A stretch of DNA of 64,000 nt from Alphaproteobacteria bacterium (GCA_965220745.1 CBDCQT010000012.1:800001-864000); one strand, 5' to 3'; positions 38,901-53,693 are shown, counted from the stretch's first letter. Notes: a model not told the origin generated them from the letters alone. Numbers and translations: made by a program.

Positions 38901-39856
38901 TAATCGCCGACCTTGGTGTCGAGCAGGTGGCGCATCCTGAGCGCGCCGCCGGCGGCCACGCCGATATCGGCGGACGTGCCGCCGATATCCAGCGTGAACA
39001 CGTTGTCGTAGCCGGCCATCTTGCCGGCCCAGATGCCGCCGATCAGCCCTGCCACCGGCCCCGACATCATCAGGTTGACCGGGCCGCCGGTCGCGCTGTC
39101 TGCGGTGGTCATGCCGCCGGAGGACTGCATGAGGCGGACGCCGCGCGCGAGCCCCGCGTCCTTCAGGCCGGACTCCAGCCGCCCGACGTAGCTCCCGACC
39201 CTGGGGCCCACGTAGGCGTTGAGGCAGGTGGTGGAGAAGCGCTCGAACTCGCGGTAGAGCGGCAGCACCTCGCTGGAGACCGAGAGGTAGGCGTCGGGAC
39301 ACTCCTCCTGAAGGATTTGCTTGATGCGCTGCTCGTGCGCGGGGTTGAGGTAGGCGTGCAGCAGGCAGACGGCGATGGCGTCCACGCCCGCCTCGCGCAG
39401 CGTGCTCGCTCGCTCGCGCACTTCCGCCTCGTCCAGCGGCACGATGATCTCGCCCTTGGGTGCGGTGACCCGCTCCTTGACCGTGAGCCGGTGGCGGCGC
39501 CTGACCAGCGGGCGCGACTGCCACGGCAGCTCCTGCTGGAGCGAGAAGTTGTGCGGCTTCTTGTGGCGCGCGATGTGGAGGATGTCGCGGAAGCCCTCGG
39601 TTGTGATCAGGCCGACTTCGGCGCCCTTGTGCTCGATGGCGATGTTGGTCGCCACGGTGGTGCCGTGCAGCAGCAGGTCCACCGCCTCCAGGCTGACCCC
39701 GGCCTTGCCGCAGAGCGCGTCCACGCCCGTCATCACCGCCCGCGCCGGATCGTCCGGCGTGGACGGCACCTTGTCGACCGTGATCGCCCCTGCCGCCTCG
39801 TCGACCAGAATCAGGTCCGTGAAGGTACCGCCGACATCCACTCCGATGCGCCGCAT
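35993..39856 (-). CDS. Fused hydantoinase A + B / oxoprolinase family protein (1287 aa)
   Basis: N-terminal DVGGTFTD, HGTT, SAGADPGPACY; C-terminal NDPY..ATHSPD, HLLDIGG, GGYGDP. Confidence 0.93.
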   Translation of the reverse strand: MRRIGVDVGGTFTDLILVDEAAGAITVDKVPSTPDDPARAVMTGVDALCGKAGVSLEAVDLLLHGTTVATNIAIEHKGAEVGLITTEGFRDILHIARHKKPHNFSLQQELPWQSRPLVRRRHRLTVKERVTAPKGEIIVPLDEAEVRERASTLREAGVDAIAVCLLHAYLNPAHEQRIKQILQEECPDAYLSVSSEVLPLYREFERFSTTCLNAYVGPRVGSYVGRLESGLKDAGLARGVRLMQSSGGMTTADSATGGPVNLMMSGPVAGLIGGIWAGKMAGYDNVFTLDIGGTSADIGVAAGGALRMRHLLDTKVGDYQAMIPMVDIDTIGAGGGSIAYVDEGGIYRVGPQSAGADPGPACYGRGGAEPTSTDAQVALGRLRTDRGLVGGSMTLHADLAQNALQGLAGTLDMSLEETALGALQIQKFSMVQAIELNSVRRGYDPRDFTLVAAGGAGPLFACDIAVELEIPRVLVPPHPGILSATGLLATDMQHEFVTTERQPLATLDRAHLAARFEALTSLALARLEADGVPEGDRLIRRLADCRYAGQGYEVRFDAPAGEIDDAWVEELAERFHRAHDAEYGHRFDAPVEIINIRAVAIGRIPDLDWPEIESGDGAPTPLLRQPVVFEVEGKGETHETPFYDRAALRAGDRIAGPAIVEQYDTTVVIPPRCEAAIDARGNIVIDCAGAVAQHGHDLATPIMQRVIGGAFTAIAQEMAGVLYRMSYSSIIRESEDLGAGIFDRDGLMLAESESTPMFMGAMPRIVQNVIELLDGDIHEGDIIFHNDPYYGATHSPDCAIVMPIYDRGELVGFAGASAHLLDIGGAYPGLNINAVDIYAEGNIYRAVKLAVKGVRQDGLWKHILENMRTPTPNEGDIQAMIAACELAKRRYLDLIERYGRAAVDAAGQHWMTYSEQMLRREIAKIPDGEYETALGYLDDDGVNRGRKLPVKVKVIIEGDEITYDLTGSSDEVPTGYNVPFEGTTCSAMSFITRMIFLDTVTHPVYVPQNEGMTRPINVIAPKGSIFNPNFPRSCFARFCQVQRAVDLVLRALAPVVPERVTAGNSAHLHFISYSGFDADQGEYWVYLEVDEGSYGGRPDRDGMDAVDCLIANTRNNPIEELEWRFPIRTERYELRNEACAAGKWRGGIGMVRVNRMLVDTIVTCEGERHESDEPWGVFGGMAGLNASVVRNRGGADEEAWPSKFTGFRLAAGDSIEITVPNSGGYGDPLERDPALVLSDVFDGFTTIERARDDYGVVIEPEPMRLDEEATRKLRAERSGAARQPAPA

Positions 39857-40071
39857 GGCTCCTCTCCCTCGAACGCCGGTGTCGCCGCATCTTCGCCGAC
39901 ACCTGCGCCGGCGACAATCACTATGGGATTAGATCGTCGCAAACGAAGGAGTTGATGCACTTGCGCTCGGCGTGAAATGGCACCCTGTAACGGGTTGATG
40001 TCGTCGCCACGTGACGGTTGAAGGTCGCCTGCAAGCCAGCGGGTCTCCGCCAACGGGCGAGCATCGTCACG

Positions 40072-41472
40072 ATGTTCCTGAGCGTCTTCGACATCTTCAA
40101 GGTCGGCATCGGCCCGTCTTCGTCCCACACCATGGGGCCGATGGCGGCGGCCGAGGCCTTCCTCGCGCTACTGGCGGAGCGGGTCGCGACGGATCCGCCT
40201 CCCGATTCATGGCTGCGCATTCACGTCTCGCTCCATGGCTCGTTGGCCTTCACCGGCAGGGGCCATGCGACGGACCGGGCAATCGTGTTCGGACTGCTCG
40301 GCCATCGCGCGGGCGACATCGACATCGACAAGGCCGAGGGCGACGTGGCGGTCCTCAGGCAGAGCAGACACCTGCCGCCGCTCGGCGGCATCACCCTCGC
40401 GTTCGATCCGCATCACCACATCTTTTTCGATTATGGCCCGCCGCTTCCGGGCCATCCCAACGGCATGGAGTTCCACGCGATCGATGCCGAGGGCGTGGGC
40501 TATCTGAGCCAAATCTACTATTCGATCGGCGGCGGTTTCATCGTGACGGCCGAGGAGCTCGCAGGCGGCCCGGCGGGCGCTGGCGACGATGCGGACGCGC
40601 AGGTCCCGTTCCCGTTCGAAAACGCCGCCTCCATGCTTCGAATGGCGGAGGAGAGCGGCAACTCCATCGCCCAGATGATGCTGGCGAACGAGCGCGCCCT
40701 CCGCTCCGACGCCGAGGTCGATGCCGGGCTTGCGGCGCTCTGGGCTGCCATGGACGCTTGCATTGATCGCGGGCTCGCGCGCCAGGGTGAGCTCCCCGGC
40801 GGGCTACGCGTGAAGCGGCGGGCGAGCGCGCTGTTCGAGCAGTTGTGTGACGAGCAGGGCTCCAACAGCGCCCAGCCGCACGTCTATGCCGACTGGCTCA
40901 CTGTCTACGCCATGGCAGTCAACGAGGAGAATGCCGGCGGGGGCAAGGTGGTCACGGCGCCGACCAACGGTGCCGCCGGCGTGATTCCGGCCGTGGTGCG
41001 CTACTACCTAGACCATTGCATAGACGCCGAAAGAGCGCGGGTCGGGGAATTCCTGCTCACCGCTGCGGCGATCGGCGGTCTGATCAAGTCCAACGCGTCG
41101 ATCTCCGGCGCCGATGCCGGCTGCCAGGCGGAGGTCGGCTCCGCCGCCGCCATGGCCGCCGCCGGTCTCTGCGCGGTGCTCGACGGCACGCCGGCTCAGG
41201 TGGAGAACGCGGCCGAGATCGCGCTGGAGCACCATCTCGGCATGACCTGCGATCCGGTCGCCGGCCTGGTCCAGGTGCCCTGCATCGAGCGCAACGGCAT
41301 CGGCGCGACCAAGGCCGTCACCGCCGCGTCGCTCGCGTTGCGGGGCGATGGCACCCACTTCATGCCGCTCGACAACTGCATCCAGGCTATGCGCGAGACC
41401 GGGCGGGAGATGAGCGCCAAGTTCAAGGAAACCAGCCTCGGCGGCCTGGCTGTGAACATGCCGGAGTGCTGA
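40072..41472 (+). CDS. sdaA: L-serine dehydratase (Fe-S, single chain)
   Basis: [51 protein letters not shown]. Confidence 0.95.
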   Translation: MFLSVFDIFKVGIGPSSSHTMGPMAAAEAFLALLAERVATDPPPDSWLRIHVSLHGSLAFTGRGHATDRAIVFGLLGHRAGDIDIDKAEGDVAVLRQSRHLPPLGGITLAFDPHHHIFFDYGPPLPGHPNGMEFHAIDAEGVGYLSQIYYSIGGGFIVTAEELAGGPAGAGDDADAQVPFPFENAASMLRMAEESGNSIAQMMLANERALRSDAEVDAGLAALWAAMDACIDRGLARQGELPGGLRVKRRASALFEQLCDEQGSNSAQPHVYADWLTVYAMAVNEENAGGGKVVTAPTNGAAGVIPAVVRYYLDHCIDAERARVGEFLLTAAAIGGLIKSNASISGADAGCQAEVGSAAAMAAAGLCAVLDGTPAQVENAAEIALEHHLGMTCDPVAGLVQVPCIERNGIGATKAVTAASLALRGDGTHFMPLDNCIQAMRETGREMSAKFKETSLGGLAVNMPEC

Positions 41473-41494
41473 ACCTATCCGCCTTTGTTGATCG

Positions 41495-42901
41495 TCACTC
41501 GGCGGCTTCTTCCGTCCGGGATTCGACCAGCTCCTCGGCCTGAGCCTCGCGGGGGTCAAGCTCGACCGGCTCCAACGTCGGGATCGAGGACGAAGCTGGC
41601 GCGACGCCCAGCTCCTCGAACTTGCGCGCCGCCGGCAGAACCCGGCTTTCGAGCGAGCCCACGCCCCTGTTGTAGCGATCCACCGTCTGCCGCAGCGACC
41701 GCCCGAGGTCGCCCATGTGCCCGCCAAAAACCTTGATCCGCTCGTAAAGGTCGCGGCCCTGCGCCGCCACGACTTGCGCATTCTCCGCGAGCTTCTCCTG
41801 CTGCCAGCCGTAGGCGATGGTCTTCACCAGCGCGATCAGGGTGGTCGGCGTGCTGATGAGGACCCGTTGGCGCGCGGCGCTCTCGAACAATGCGGGGTCG
41901 CTCTCGATGGCCGCCGCGAAGAAGGATTCGCCGGGGACGAACATCACGACGAACTCGGGCGTCTCGGGCAGGGCCTTCCAGTAGTCCCGCGATGACAGCA
42001 TGCGCACGTGGTCCCGGACCTGGCGGGCGTGGTCGGCCATGAGCCGCTCGCGGGCCTCCTCGTCGGCGGCCTCCACGGCGCTGAGGTAGGCGTCGAGCGG
42101 GGTCTTGGCGTCGACGATGATCGACTTGCCGCCGGGAACGCGGATGATCACGTCGGGCCGCAACCGGCCCTCTTCGCCCTCGATGGTCGACTGCTCGACG
42201 AAGTCCACGTGCTCGGTCATGCCGGCCATGTCGAGCACGTTGCGCAGCTGGTACTCGCCCCAGCGCCCGCGGGTCTGGGGCCGCCGGAGCGCCTGCACGA
42301 GGCGGCTGGTTTCCGTGCGCAGGCCCGTCTGCCCTTCCGCCAGGCTCTTCACCTGCTCTTTGATTGCCTCGTAGGCGCTCGTGCGCGCCTTCTCGATCGC
42401 GTCCACCTTGTGCTCGAACCTGGTGAGGCTTTCGCCGAGCGGCTTGACCAGGGTTTCGATCGCCACGCGGCGCTTCTCCAGGTCGTCCTTGGCGCTCGCG
42501 CTGTGCTTCTCGAAGCGTTCGCTCACGAGCTTCAAGAATCCCTCGCTGTTCTTGCCGAGAGCCTCGGCTGCGAGCCCCGCAAATTTCTTCTCGAGCTCGG
42601 CACCCATGCGTGTGAGCTCCTGGACGCGCGCTTCGTGGCTCTTGCGCTCGGCCTCCAGCGCTGCTTCAAGCGCAGCTTTTTTTCTGTCGATGTCCTGAAG
42701 CCGATCCCGGAGCGCGACGGTCTCCTCTTCGAGCCCAGCCACGCGCTCTGCGGCAGCGGTGAGGCGGGCGGTCTCGGTCGCGCGTGCCTCCCGCTCCCGC
42801 GCCGCTCTCCGTGTCGAAGGCAGCACGACGGCGAAATAGCAGACCACCCCGCCTGCGAGCGCCGCCAGCACGATGACGATGATGGTCAGCTCAAGGCCCA
42901 T
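41495..42901 (-). CDS. rmuC: DNA recombination protein RmuC
   Basis: N-terminal TM and coiled coil, RGRWGE, RPD, VDAK, FVPGE, TPTTL. Confidence 0.93.
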   Translation of the reverse strand: MGLELTIIVIVLAALAGGVVCYFAVVLPSTRRAAREREARATETARLTAAAERVAGLEEETVALRDRLQDIDRKKAALEAALEAERKSHEARVQELTRMGAELEKKFAGLAAEALGKNSEGFLKLVSERFEKHSASAKDDLEKRRVAIETLVKPLGESLTRFEHKVDAIEKARTSAYEAIKEQVKSLAEGQTGLRTETSRLVQALRRPQTRGRWGEYQLRNVLDMAGMTEHVDFVEQSTIEGEEGRLRPDVIIRVPGGKSIIVDAKTPLDAYLSAVEAADEEARERLMADHARQVRDHVRMLSSRDYWKALPETPEFVVMFVPGESFFAAAIESDPALFESAARQRVLISTPTTLIALVKTIAYGWQQEKLAENAQVVAAQGRDLYERIKVFGGHMGDLGRSLRQTVDRYNRGVGSLESRVLPAARKFEELGVAPASSSIPTLEPVELDPREAQAEELVESRTEEAAE

Positions 42902-42963
42902 GTCGTCGATCCGCCGTTCCCTTGGCGCCAATCAGGATGCGTCAATGAACAGGCGCGCCTTCG

Positions 42964-44541
42964 TCAGAAACTCAGGCGCTTCAGGTCTATGACCGCGGCG
43001 CGTGACCGGAGCTTCGCCTCCACCTCGTCCGGCACCACGGAATCGACGCCGATGAGGCCGATGGCCGCGCCGCCCGGTTCCCTGCGCCCGAGATTGAAGG
43101 TCGCTATGTTGATGCCGGCCTCGCCCAGGATCGTCGCCACCGCGCCGATCAGCCCCGGTTTGTCCTCGTTGGTGAAGTAGAGCATGTGCGGGCCGAGTTC
43201 CGCCTCGATCTCGATGCCCTCGATTTCCACGATTCGCTGCCCGCCCCTGCCGATGAGCGTGCCTGCTACCGTCTGCGCGTGCTCTTGCGACAGCACTTCG
43301 ACCCGCATGAGGGTCCGATAGTCCGCCGTCATCTCGCTCCTGACTTCGCGTACCGTGATGCCGCGCTCGCGAGCGATGAAGGGGGCGTTGACGATGTTGA
43401 TATCGTCGAGGCGCGGGGCGAGCAGACCCTGCAGGGCGGCGGCGGTGAGCAGCCGCGAATCGAGCGCGCTGGCCTGGCCCTCGTAGGCGATCGTGACGCC
43501 GCGGATTCGGCCGTCCGCAATCTGACCGGCGAAGCTCCCGATCTGCTCGGCAAGGGTGAGATAGGGGCCGAGCTTCGCCATTTCCTCAGGCGACACCGAA
43601 GGGGCGTTGACCGCGTTGACGACGGTGTCGGTCAGCAGATATTCGGCCATCTGCTGCGCGATCTGGAGCGCCACGTTCTCCTGCGCCTCGACCGTAGAGG
43701 CGCCGAGGTGGGGGGTCGCGATCACCTCGTCGAGCGCAAAGAGGGCGTTTTCCCGCGCCGGCTCCTCTTCGAACACGTCGAGCGCGGCACCCGCCACGTG
43801 GCCGCTTTCGATGGCGCTCTTCAGGTCGGACTCCACCACGAGCCCGCCGCGGGCACAGTTCACGATCCGCACGCCGGGCCTAGTCTTGGTGAGAGCATCA
43901 GCGTCGATGATCCCCCGCGTCTCGTCGGTCAGCGGCACGTGCAGCGTGATGACGTCGGCTTCGTTGAGCAGTTCGTCCATCGTCGCCAGCGTCACACCGA
44001 GGGCGGCGGCGCGGTCCGGTGCGAGGTAGGGGTCGAAGGCGACGACCCGCATCCTGAGCCCCTGGGCGAGGGTCGCGACGATGGCGCCGATGGTGCCGCA
44101 ACCCACGACACCGAGCGTCTTGTCGCGCAATTCGACGCCCATGAAGCGGCCGCGCTCCCAGCCGCCCTTGCGGGTGGAGCGGTCGGCCTGCGGGATTCGA
44201 CGCGCCAGCGCGCACATCATGGCGATGGTGTGCTCGGCCGCAGTCACAGAATTGCCGTGGGGCGTGTTCATGACCACGATGCCGCGCTTGGTGGCCGCAT
44301 TCATGTCAACATTGTCGACCCCGGTGCCGGCGCGGCCCACGACCTTGAGCCGGGCGGCCCGGTCCACCAGTTCCGCGGTCACTCTGGTCGCGGAGCGGAC
44401 GACAAGACCCTCGAAGTCTCCGATGATCTCGGCCAGCGCCTCGGGCGCGAGCCCCGGCTGCACGCTGACCTCGATGCCGCGCTCGGCGAACGCCTGCACG
44501 GCGACCTCGCTCACCTCATCTGCAATCAGGACTCGCGGCAT
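42964..44541 (-). CDS. serA: D-3-phosphoglycerate dehydrogenase
   Basis: VRSAT, GRAGTGVDNVD, AAEHT, NCARGG, TPHLGAST; ASB and ACT domains. Confidence 0.95.
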   Translation of the reverse strand: MPRVLIADEVSEVAVQAFAERGIEVSVQPGLAPEALAEIIGDFEGLVVRSATRVTAELVDRAARLKVVGRAGTGVDNVDMNAATKRGIVVMNTPHGNSVTAAEHTIAMMCALARRIPQADRSTRKGGWERGRFMGVELRDKTLGVVGCGTIGAIVATLAQGLRMRVVAFDPYLAPDRAAALGVTLATMDELLNEADVITLHVPLTDETRGIIDADALTKTRPGVRIVNCARGGLVVESDLKSAIESGHVAGAALDVFEEEPARENALFALDEVIATPHLGASTVEAQENVALQIAQQMAEYLLTDTVVNAVNAPSVSPEEMAKLGPYLTLAEQIGSFAGQIADGRIRGVTIAYEGQASALDSRLLTAAALQGLLAPRLDDINIVNAPFIARERGITVREVRSEMTADYRTLMRVEVLSQEHAQTVAGTLIGRGGQRIVEIEGIEIEAELGPHMLYFTNEDKPGLIGAVATILGEAGINIATFNLGRREPGGAAIGLIGVDSVVPDEVEAKLRSRAAVIDLKRLSF

Positions 44542-44568
44542 TGCCCCCGGCCTCCGCGGCTGGGCAGA

Positions 44569-45729
44569 TCAGCCGGCCCCATGCCGGCGCACCTCGTCCC
44601 AGGCCCAATCGAGCCACGGAGTCAGCGCTTCGAGATCGTCGCGCTGCACCGTGCCGCCGCACCAGATGCGCAGCCCCGGCGGGGCGGCCCTATGGGTCTT
44701 GATATCATATGCGGCGCCCTCCGCCTCCAGCAGCGCGCACATCTGCTTGATCGCAGTCCACTGCTCGTCGGTGTCGAGCGCGCTGAACCAGGGATCGACG
44801 ATGCTGAGGCACACCGAGGTGCGGGAGCGTGTCTCGGGCGACTCCGCGAGGAAGTCGATCCATTCGCGTGCCGCGACCCAAGCGTCGATGACGTCGAAAT
44901 TGGCCTGCGTCCGCGCGATCATTCCGCGCTGGCCGCCGATCGACTCGATCCAGCGCATCGCATCGAGCGCGTCTTCGATCGCCATCATCGAGACCGTGTT
45001 GATGGTCTCGCCCCGGAAAATGCCTTCATTGAGCCGGCCGTCGCCGGTGGTGAGGCGGAAGACCCTGGGCACCGGCCAGGGCGGCGACTCGCTCTCCAGT
45101 CGCTCCACCGCGCGCGGGCCCAGGATCAGCATGCCAAACCCGGCCTCGCCACCCAGCACCTTCTGCCAGGAGTAGGTGGTCGCATCGAGCCTGGTCCAGT
45201 CCATCGGGTAGGCGAGAACGGCCGAGGTGGCGTCGCAGAGCGTGAGCCCCGCGCGGTCGGCGGCGATCCATTCCGCGTCAGGCACCCGCACGCCGGACGT
45301 GGTGCCGTTCCAGACGAAGACCGTGTCGCGGTTGGGGTCGACCTGTGCGAGGTCGGGCAGGCGGCCGTATGGCGCGTCGATCACGCGCGCATCCAGAGGG
45401 CGCAGCTCGCGCTCTCCGTCGATGGCCCAGAGCGCGCCGAAATTGTCCCAGCTCAGAAAGTCGACGCCGCGCGGGCCGAGCAGCGACCACATAGCCATCT
45501 CGATGGCGCCGGTGTCGGAGCCTGGCACGATCCCGATGCGCCATTCGTCGGGAAGCCCCAGTAGCGCGCGCGAGCGCTCCAGCACCTCCTGGATTCGCGC
45601 CAGCGGCTCTCTTGCTCGATGGGACCTGCCGAGCAGCGCGCCCGACAGGACATCGACTGACCAGCCGGGGCGCTTGGGACACGGCCCGGAGGAGAAGAGC
45701 GGATATTGGGGACGGGCGGTGGGCTTCAT
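44569..45729 (-). CDS. serC: Phosphoserine aminotransferase (alphaproteobacterial/Methanosarcina type)
   Basis: FSSGPC.KRPGW, GSDTGA.EMA, WNGTTSGV, SWQKVLGGE, GLRIWCG. Confidence 0.93.
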   Translation of the reverse strand: MKPTARPQYPLFSSGPCPKRPGWSVDVLSGALLGRSHRAREPLARIQEVLERSRALLGLPDEWRIGIVPGSDTGAIEMAMWSLLGPRGVDFLSWDNFGALWAIDGERELRPLDARVIDAPYGRLPDLAQVDPNRDTVFVWNGTTSGVRVPDAEWIAADRAGLTLCDATSAVLAYPMDWTRLDATTYSWQKVLGGEAGFGMLILGPRAVERLESESPPWPVPRVFRLTTGDGRLNEGIFRGETINTVSMMAIEDALDAMRWIESIGGQRGMIARTQANFDVIDAWVAAREWIDFLAESPETRSRTSVCLSIVDPWFSALDTDEQWTAIKQMCALLEAEGAAYDIKTHRAAPPGLRIWCGGTVQRDDLEALTPWLDWAWDEVRRHGAG

Positions 45730-45760
45730 GGGCGGCACGGCCGGCACAGGCCTCTCAGGC

Positions 45761-46543
45761 TCAGACCGCGATCGTCCCTTCGAGATACTGCACGGCCCGG
45801 CCGGCGAGCCGGACCCGGTTGCCTGCGACCGTACAATGGACCGCCCCGCCGCGTGCCGAGACCTGATGGGCGTGGAGCTCCGCCTTGCCCAGGCGTTCGG
45901 CCCAGAAGGGCGCCAGCATGCAGTGGGCGGACCCGGTGACCGGGTCTTCGGGGACCCCGAGTCGGGGGCTGAAGAATCGCGAGACGAAGTCCGCGCTCTC
46001 GCCGGGCGCGGTCACAATGACCCCGCGTCGCTCGTCAAGGCGGGCCAACGCCGTCAAGTTGGGCTCGATTGCCCTGACTTCGGCCTCGGTCTTGAAGAGC
46101 GCGAGATAGTCCATGTCGGCGAACACCGCCTCGGGCTCGGCCCCGAGACCCTCGGCGAGGTCCACCGGCGACTCGACGGGGTGCGCGGCCAGCGCCGGGA
46201 AATCCATGGTGAGGCCGTCGTCGTCGCGGGTGACGTACAGGCGCCCGCTTCGGGTCTCAAAGGCGACCGATTCCGCATCCGGCTGCACGTGGCGAAACAC
46301 GACGTAGGCGCTGGCGAGGGTCGCGTGGCCGCACAGATCGACCTCGGCCAACGGCGTGAACCAGCGCAACGCATAAGCGCCGTTGGCCGGCACGAAAAAC
46401 GCGGTCTCCGACAGGTTGTTCTCGTTCGCGATCGCCTGCAGCGTGGCGTCGTCGAGCCAGGACTCTAGAGGACACACCGCAGCCGGATTGCCGCCGAACA
46501 CGGCGTCGGTGAACGCATCGATCTGGAATATCTTCAGGCGCAT
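45761..46543 (-). CDS. PhzF family isomerase
   Basis: QIDAF..GGNPA, NNLSETAF, EVDLCGHAT, EDPVTGSAH. Confidence 0.93.
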   Translation of the reverse strand: MRLKIFQIDAFTDAVFGGNPAAVCPLESWLDDATLQAIANENNLSETAFFVPANGAYALRWFTPLAEVDLCGHATLASAYVVFRHVQPDAESVAFETRSGRLYVTRDDDGLTMDFPALAAHPVESPVDLAEGLGAEPEAVFADMDYLALFKTEAEVRAIEPNLTALARLDERRGVIVTAPGESADFVSRFFSPRLGVPEDPVTGSAHCMLAPFWAERLGKAELHAHQVSARGGAVHCTVAGNRVRLAGRAVQYLEGTIAV

Positions 46544-46639
46544 GCAACAGTTTATTGACGATCGCGGGCAGGCGTGCAAGGTGAGGCAGGGACCGCGGCG
46601 CTGTGCGCCGCGCTGCAACGATCGGGTTCCGCCGACGGC

Positions 46640-48055
46640 ATGAACCGCGACTCCTTGCGAGATTTCCGGGCATTCATATCGGCCGCCTCAATGGGCGCGG
46701 CAGCACTTTGCTTGGCAGCGCTGACTGCACCAAACGCAGCGGCGAGCGATTTTTTTGACGGTTACGAGGCGTTTCAACGGGGCGACTACGACGAGGCGCG
46801 CGCCATCTGGTCCGAGCTCGCCTATGACGGCGACGTGGATGCGCAGTTCAACCTTGGCACACTCTACGAGAACGGCTTTGGCGTTGAGGAGGACGCCGAG
46901 CAGGCAGCGCGCTGGTACCGGGCCGCGGCAGCGCGCCGCGTCGACCTCGCCAGACTCGCGCTGGCGCGCCTGCAGCGCACGGGCGCGCTTGAGCCAGAAC
47001 CGGATGAGGACCAAATAAAGCTGCTCGAGACCGCTGCCCGGCGCGGCCTGGCCGAGGCGCAGTACGAGCTGGGCGTGGCCTACGATCGCGGGCTCGGCGT
47101 CACACAGAATCATGCAACGGCGGCAGGTTGGTATCAGCGCGCGGCCGAGCAGGGTCTGACCGATGCACAGTATAACCTGGCGACACTCTTTGACGAAGGG
47201 CTGGGGACCCCGCGTGATTTCGAGCAGGCGCGGGACTGGTACATGCGCGCTGCTGACGCCGGCGAGGCCAGGGCCATGAACAATCTCGGATATATCTATG
47301 AGAAGGGCCTGACCGGTCGACGGGACTATGGCAAGGCCGTCGTGTGGTATCGACATGCGGCCCAAACGGGTCTCGCCATCGCGCAGAGCAATCTCGCGGC
47401 GCTTCACTATCTGGGCCGCGGCGTGCCCCGTGACTTCGAACAGGCTTACCGCTGGTACAAGGCCGCCGCGGAGCAGGGCGACGCCGCAGGACAGAACGGA
47501 CTCGGCCTGCTCTACGCCAACGGCCTTGGTGTCGGGCGCGACCTCGTCCAGGCGATGGCTTGGTTCAGCCTCGCTGCCCATGCAGAAGGCCCGGCCGGCG
47601 CAGACGCCATGACCTATCGCGACCGTCTCGCGCGCCTGCTATCGGTGGAAGAGCGCGCCGAGGCGGACGCGCTTAGCCAGGAGATTCTTACCCGAACGGT
47701 CGCCGAAGAGGCGTCGGAGGAGCCCGTCTTCGGCGTGTCAATGCCGAGATCTGCGAACGGCTTCCGCGATTCCGCCATTTACGCACAAAGGCTTCTCAAA
47801 TCGTTGGGCTACTATGACGCGGCGGTGGACGGAGTCGCCGGTGAGTTCACCATCGAGGCGACGCGGCAATTTCTGAGAGAGAACGGGCTGAGAATGGAAC
47901 CGCGGATCACCCGCGAGCTGGTGGAGGCGCTGGAGGCAGTGCGAGCGGCGCGCATCGCCGAGGCTGCCGCCGCTGCCGAAGAAGCCGCAAGGCAAGAGAG
48001 CATCGAAGAGCCGGCCGACGAGATGGTCGAGCATAACGGGCAGGGCCAATCATGA
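46640..48055 (+). CDS. Secreted Sel1-like repeat protein with C-terminal peptidoglycan-binding domain
   Basis: Signal-like N-terminus, ~6-7 AQ.NLG..Y..G.G repeats, QRLLKSLGYYDAAVDGVAG..T. Confidence 0.88.
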   Translation: MNRDSLRDFRAFISAASMGAAALCLAALTAPNAAASDFFDGYEAFQRGDYDEARAIWSELAYDGDVDAQFNLGTLYENGFGVEEDAEQAARWYRAAAARRVDLARLALARLQRTGALEPEPDEDQIKLLETAARRGLAEAQYELGVAYDRGLGVTQNHATAAGWYQRAAEQGLTDAQYNLATLFDEGLGTPRDFEQARDWYMRAADAGEARAMNNLGYIYEKGLTGRRDYGKAVVWYRHAAQTGLAIAQSNLAALHYLGRGVPRDFEQAYRWYKAAAEQGDAAGQNGLGLLYANGLGVGRDLVQAMAWFSLAAHAEGPAGADAMTYRDRLARLLSVEERAEADALSQEILTRTVAEEASEEPVFGVSMPRSANGFRDSAIYAQRLLKSLGYYDAAVDGVAGEFTIEATRQFLRENGLRMEPRITRELVEALEAVRAARIAEAAAAAEEAARQESIEEPADEMVEHNGQGQS

Positions 48056-48885
48056 GGCTTACGCGCGCGAAGAGTTCGACGTCCCTTGCGGCACTGGCTG
48101 CGTCGGCCGTGCTGGCATTGGCACTGCTTGCGGGCTGCGCGACAGAAGAAGAGGTCTACGTCGAACGCTCGGTCGAGGAGCTTTACAACGAGGCGATGGA
48201 CAGCCTGCTGGACGACGACTTCGAGGCCGCTGCGACAGGTTTCGCCGAGGTCGAGCGCCAGCATCCTTATTCCGTGTGGGCGACGCGGGCACAGATCATG
48301 TCGGCGTTCGTCTACTACCAGGGCAACCTTTACGACGAGGCCATCGCCGCAGCCAAGCGGTTCGTCGAGCTGCACCCGGGTCATCGCGATGCCGCCTACG
48401 GCTACTACCTGATCGCCATGTCCCACTACGAGCAGATCTCGGACGTTGGCCGCGATCAGAGCACCACGGCGCGCGCGCTGCGGGCTCTTGAGGAGGTCAC
48501 GCGCCGATTCCCCGGCAGCGTCTACGCGCGCGACGCACGCCTCAAGATCGACTTGGCGCGCGATCATCTCGCGGGTAAGGAGATGACCGTCGGCCGCTAC
48601 TACCAGCGGCGCGGGAATCACGTTGCGGCGATCGGGCGCTTTCGCAAGGTCGTCGAGCGATACCAGACCACGAGCCACACGCCGGAGGCGCTGCACCGCC
48701 TGACCGAAGCCTATCTGGCGCTGGGTCTGCCCAATGAAGCACAGACCTCGGCGGCGGTCCTCGGTCACAATTACCCCGGCAGCCGGTGGTACCAGCACAG
48801 CTATGCCCTGCTCCTCGACTCCGACCTCGAACCCGAGGCGGATGAGGGTTCATGGATCAGCCGGGTCTTCGGCGACGTGTTCTGA
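48052..48885 (+). CDS. bamD: Outer-membrane protein assembly lipoprotein BamD
   Basis: Lipobox LAGC, ERQHPYS.WA, RDQ, HLAGKEM.VGRYY. Confidence 0.95.
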   Translation: MRLTRAKSSTSLAALAASAVLALALLAGCATEEEVYVERSVEELYNEAMDSLLDDDFEAAATGFAEVERQHPYSVWATRAQIMSAFVYYQGNLYDEAIAAAKRFVELHPGHRDAAYGYYLIAMSHYEQISDVGRDQSTTARALRALEEVTRRFPGSVYARDARLKIDLARDHLAGKEMTVGRYYQRRGNHVAAIGRFRKVVERYQTTSHTPEALHRLTEAYLALGLPNEAQTSAAVLGHNYPGSRWYQHSYALLLDSDLEPEADEGSWISRVFGDVF

Positions 48886-48894
48886 CGCCGCCAG

Positions 48895-53369
<4,475 letters not shown>

Positions 53370-53373
<4 letters not shown>

Positions 53374-53693
53374 TGGGCGCCGCGGGAGAGATTGAGCCCG
53401 ACCACGCCGATGATGATGAGGACGATGGAGCCGATCCTGAGCGGCCCCATCGGCTCCTTGAACCAGATGTAGCCGATCATGGCGATCGCCGCCGTGCCGA
53501 TGCCGGCCCAGATCGCGTATGACAGGCCGAGATCGAGCTTTTTCAGCGCCAGCGCGAACAACACGAAGCTGACCCCGTAGAGGACGAAGATCAGCACCGT
53601 GAAGACGGGCTTCGTCAGCCCCTCGCTGAGCTTCATGGAGGTCGTGCCGCCCACCTCGAATACGATGGCGAGGGCGAGGTAGAGCCAGTGCAT
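53370..53693 (-). CDS. SMR/DMT small multidrug efflux transporter
   Basis: [12 protein letters not shown] (conserved Glu), YAIWAGIG, 4 TM segments. Confidence 0.92.

Noticed and set aside
36008-39955. 1315-aa plus-strand ORF and similar long ORFs (3685-5700, 7118-9760, 9151-11271, 43186-45564, 50802-52718, 56108-58162)
   Set aside because: Antisense or alternative-frame shadows of recognisable genes, typical of high-GC DNA; no motifs.
45761-46543. Phenazine biosynthesis cluster
   Set aside because: Lone PhzF-family gene; no phzA/B/D/E/G.
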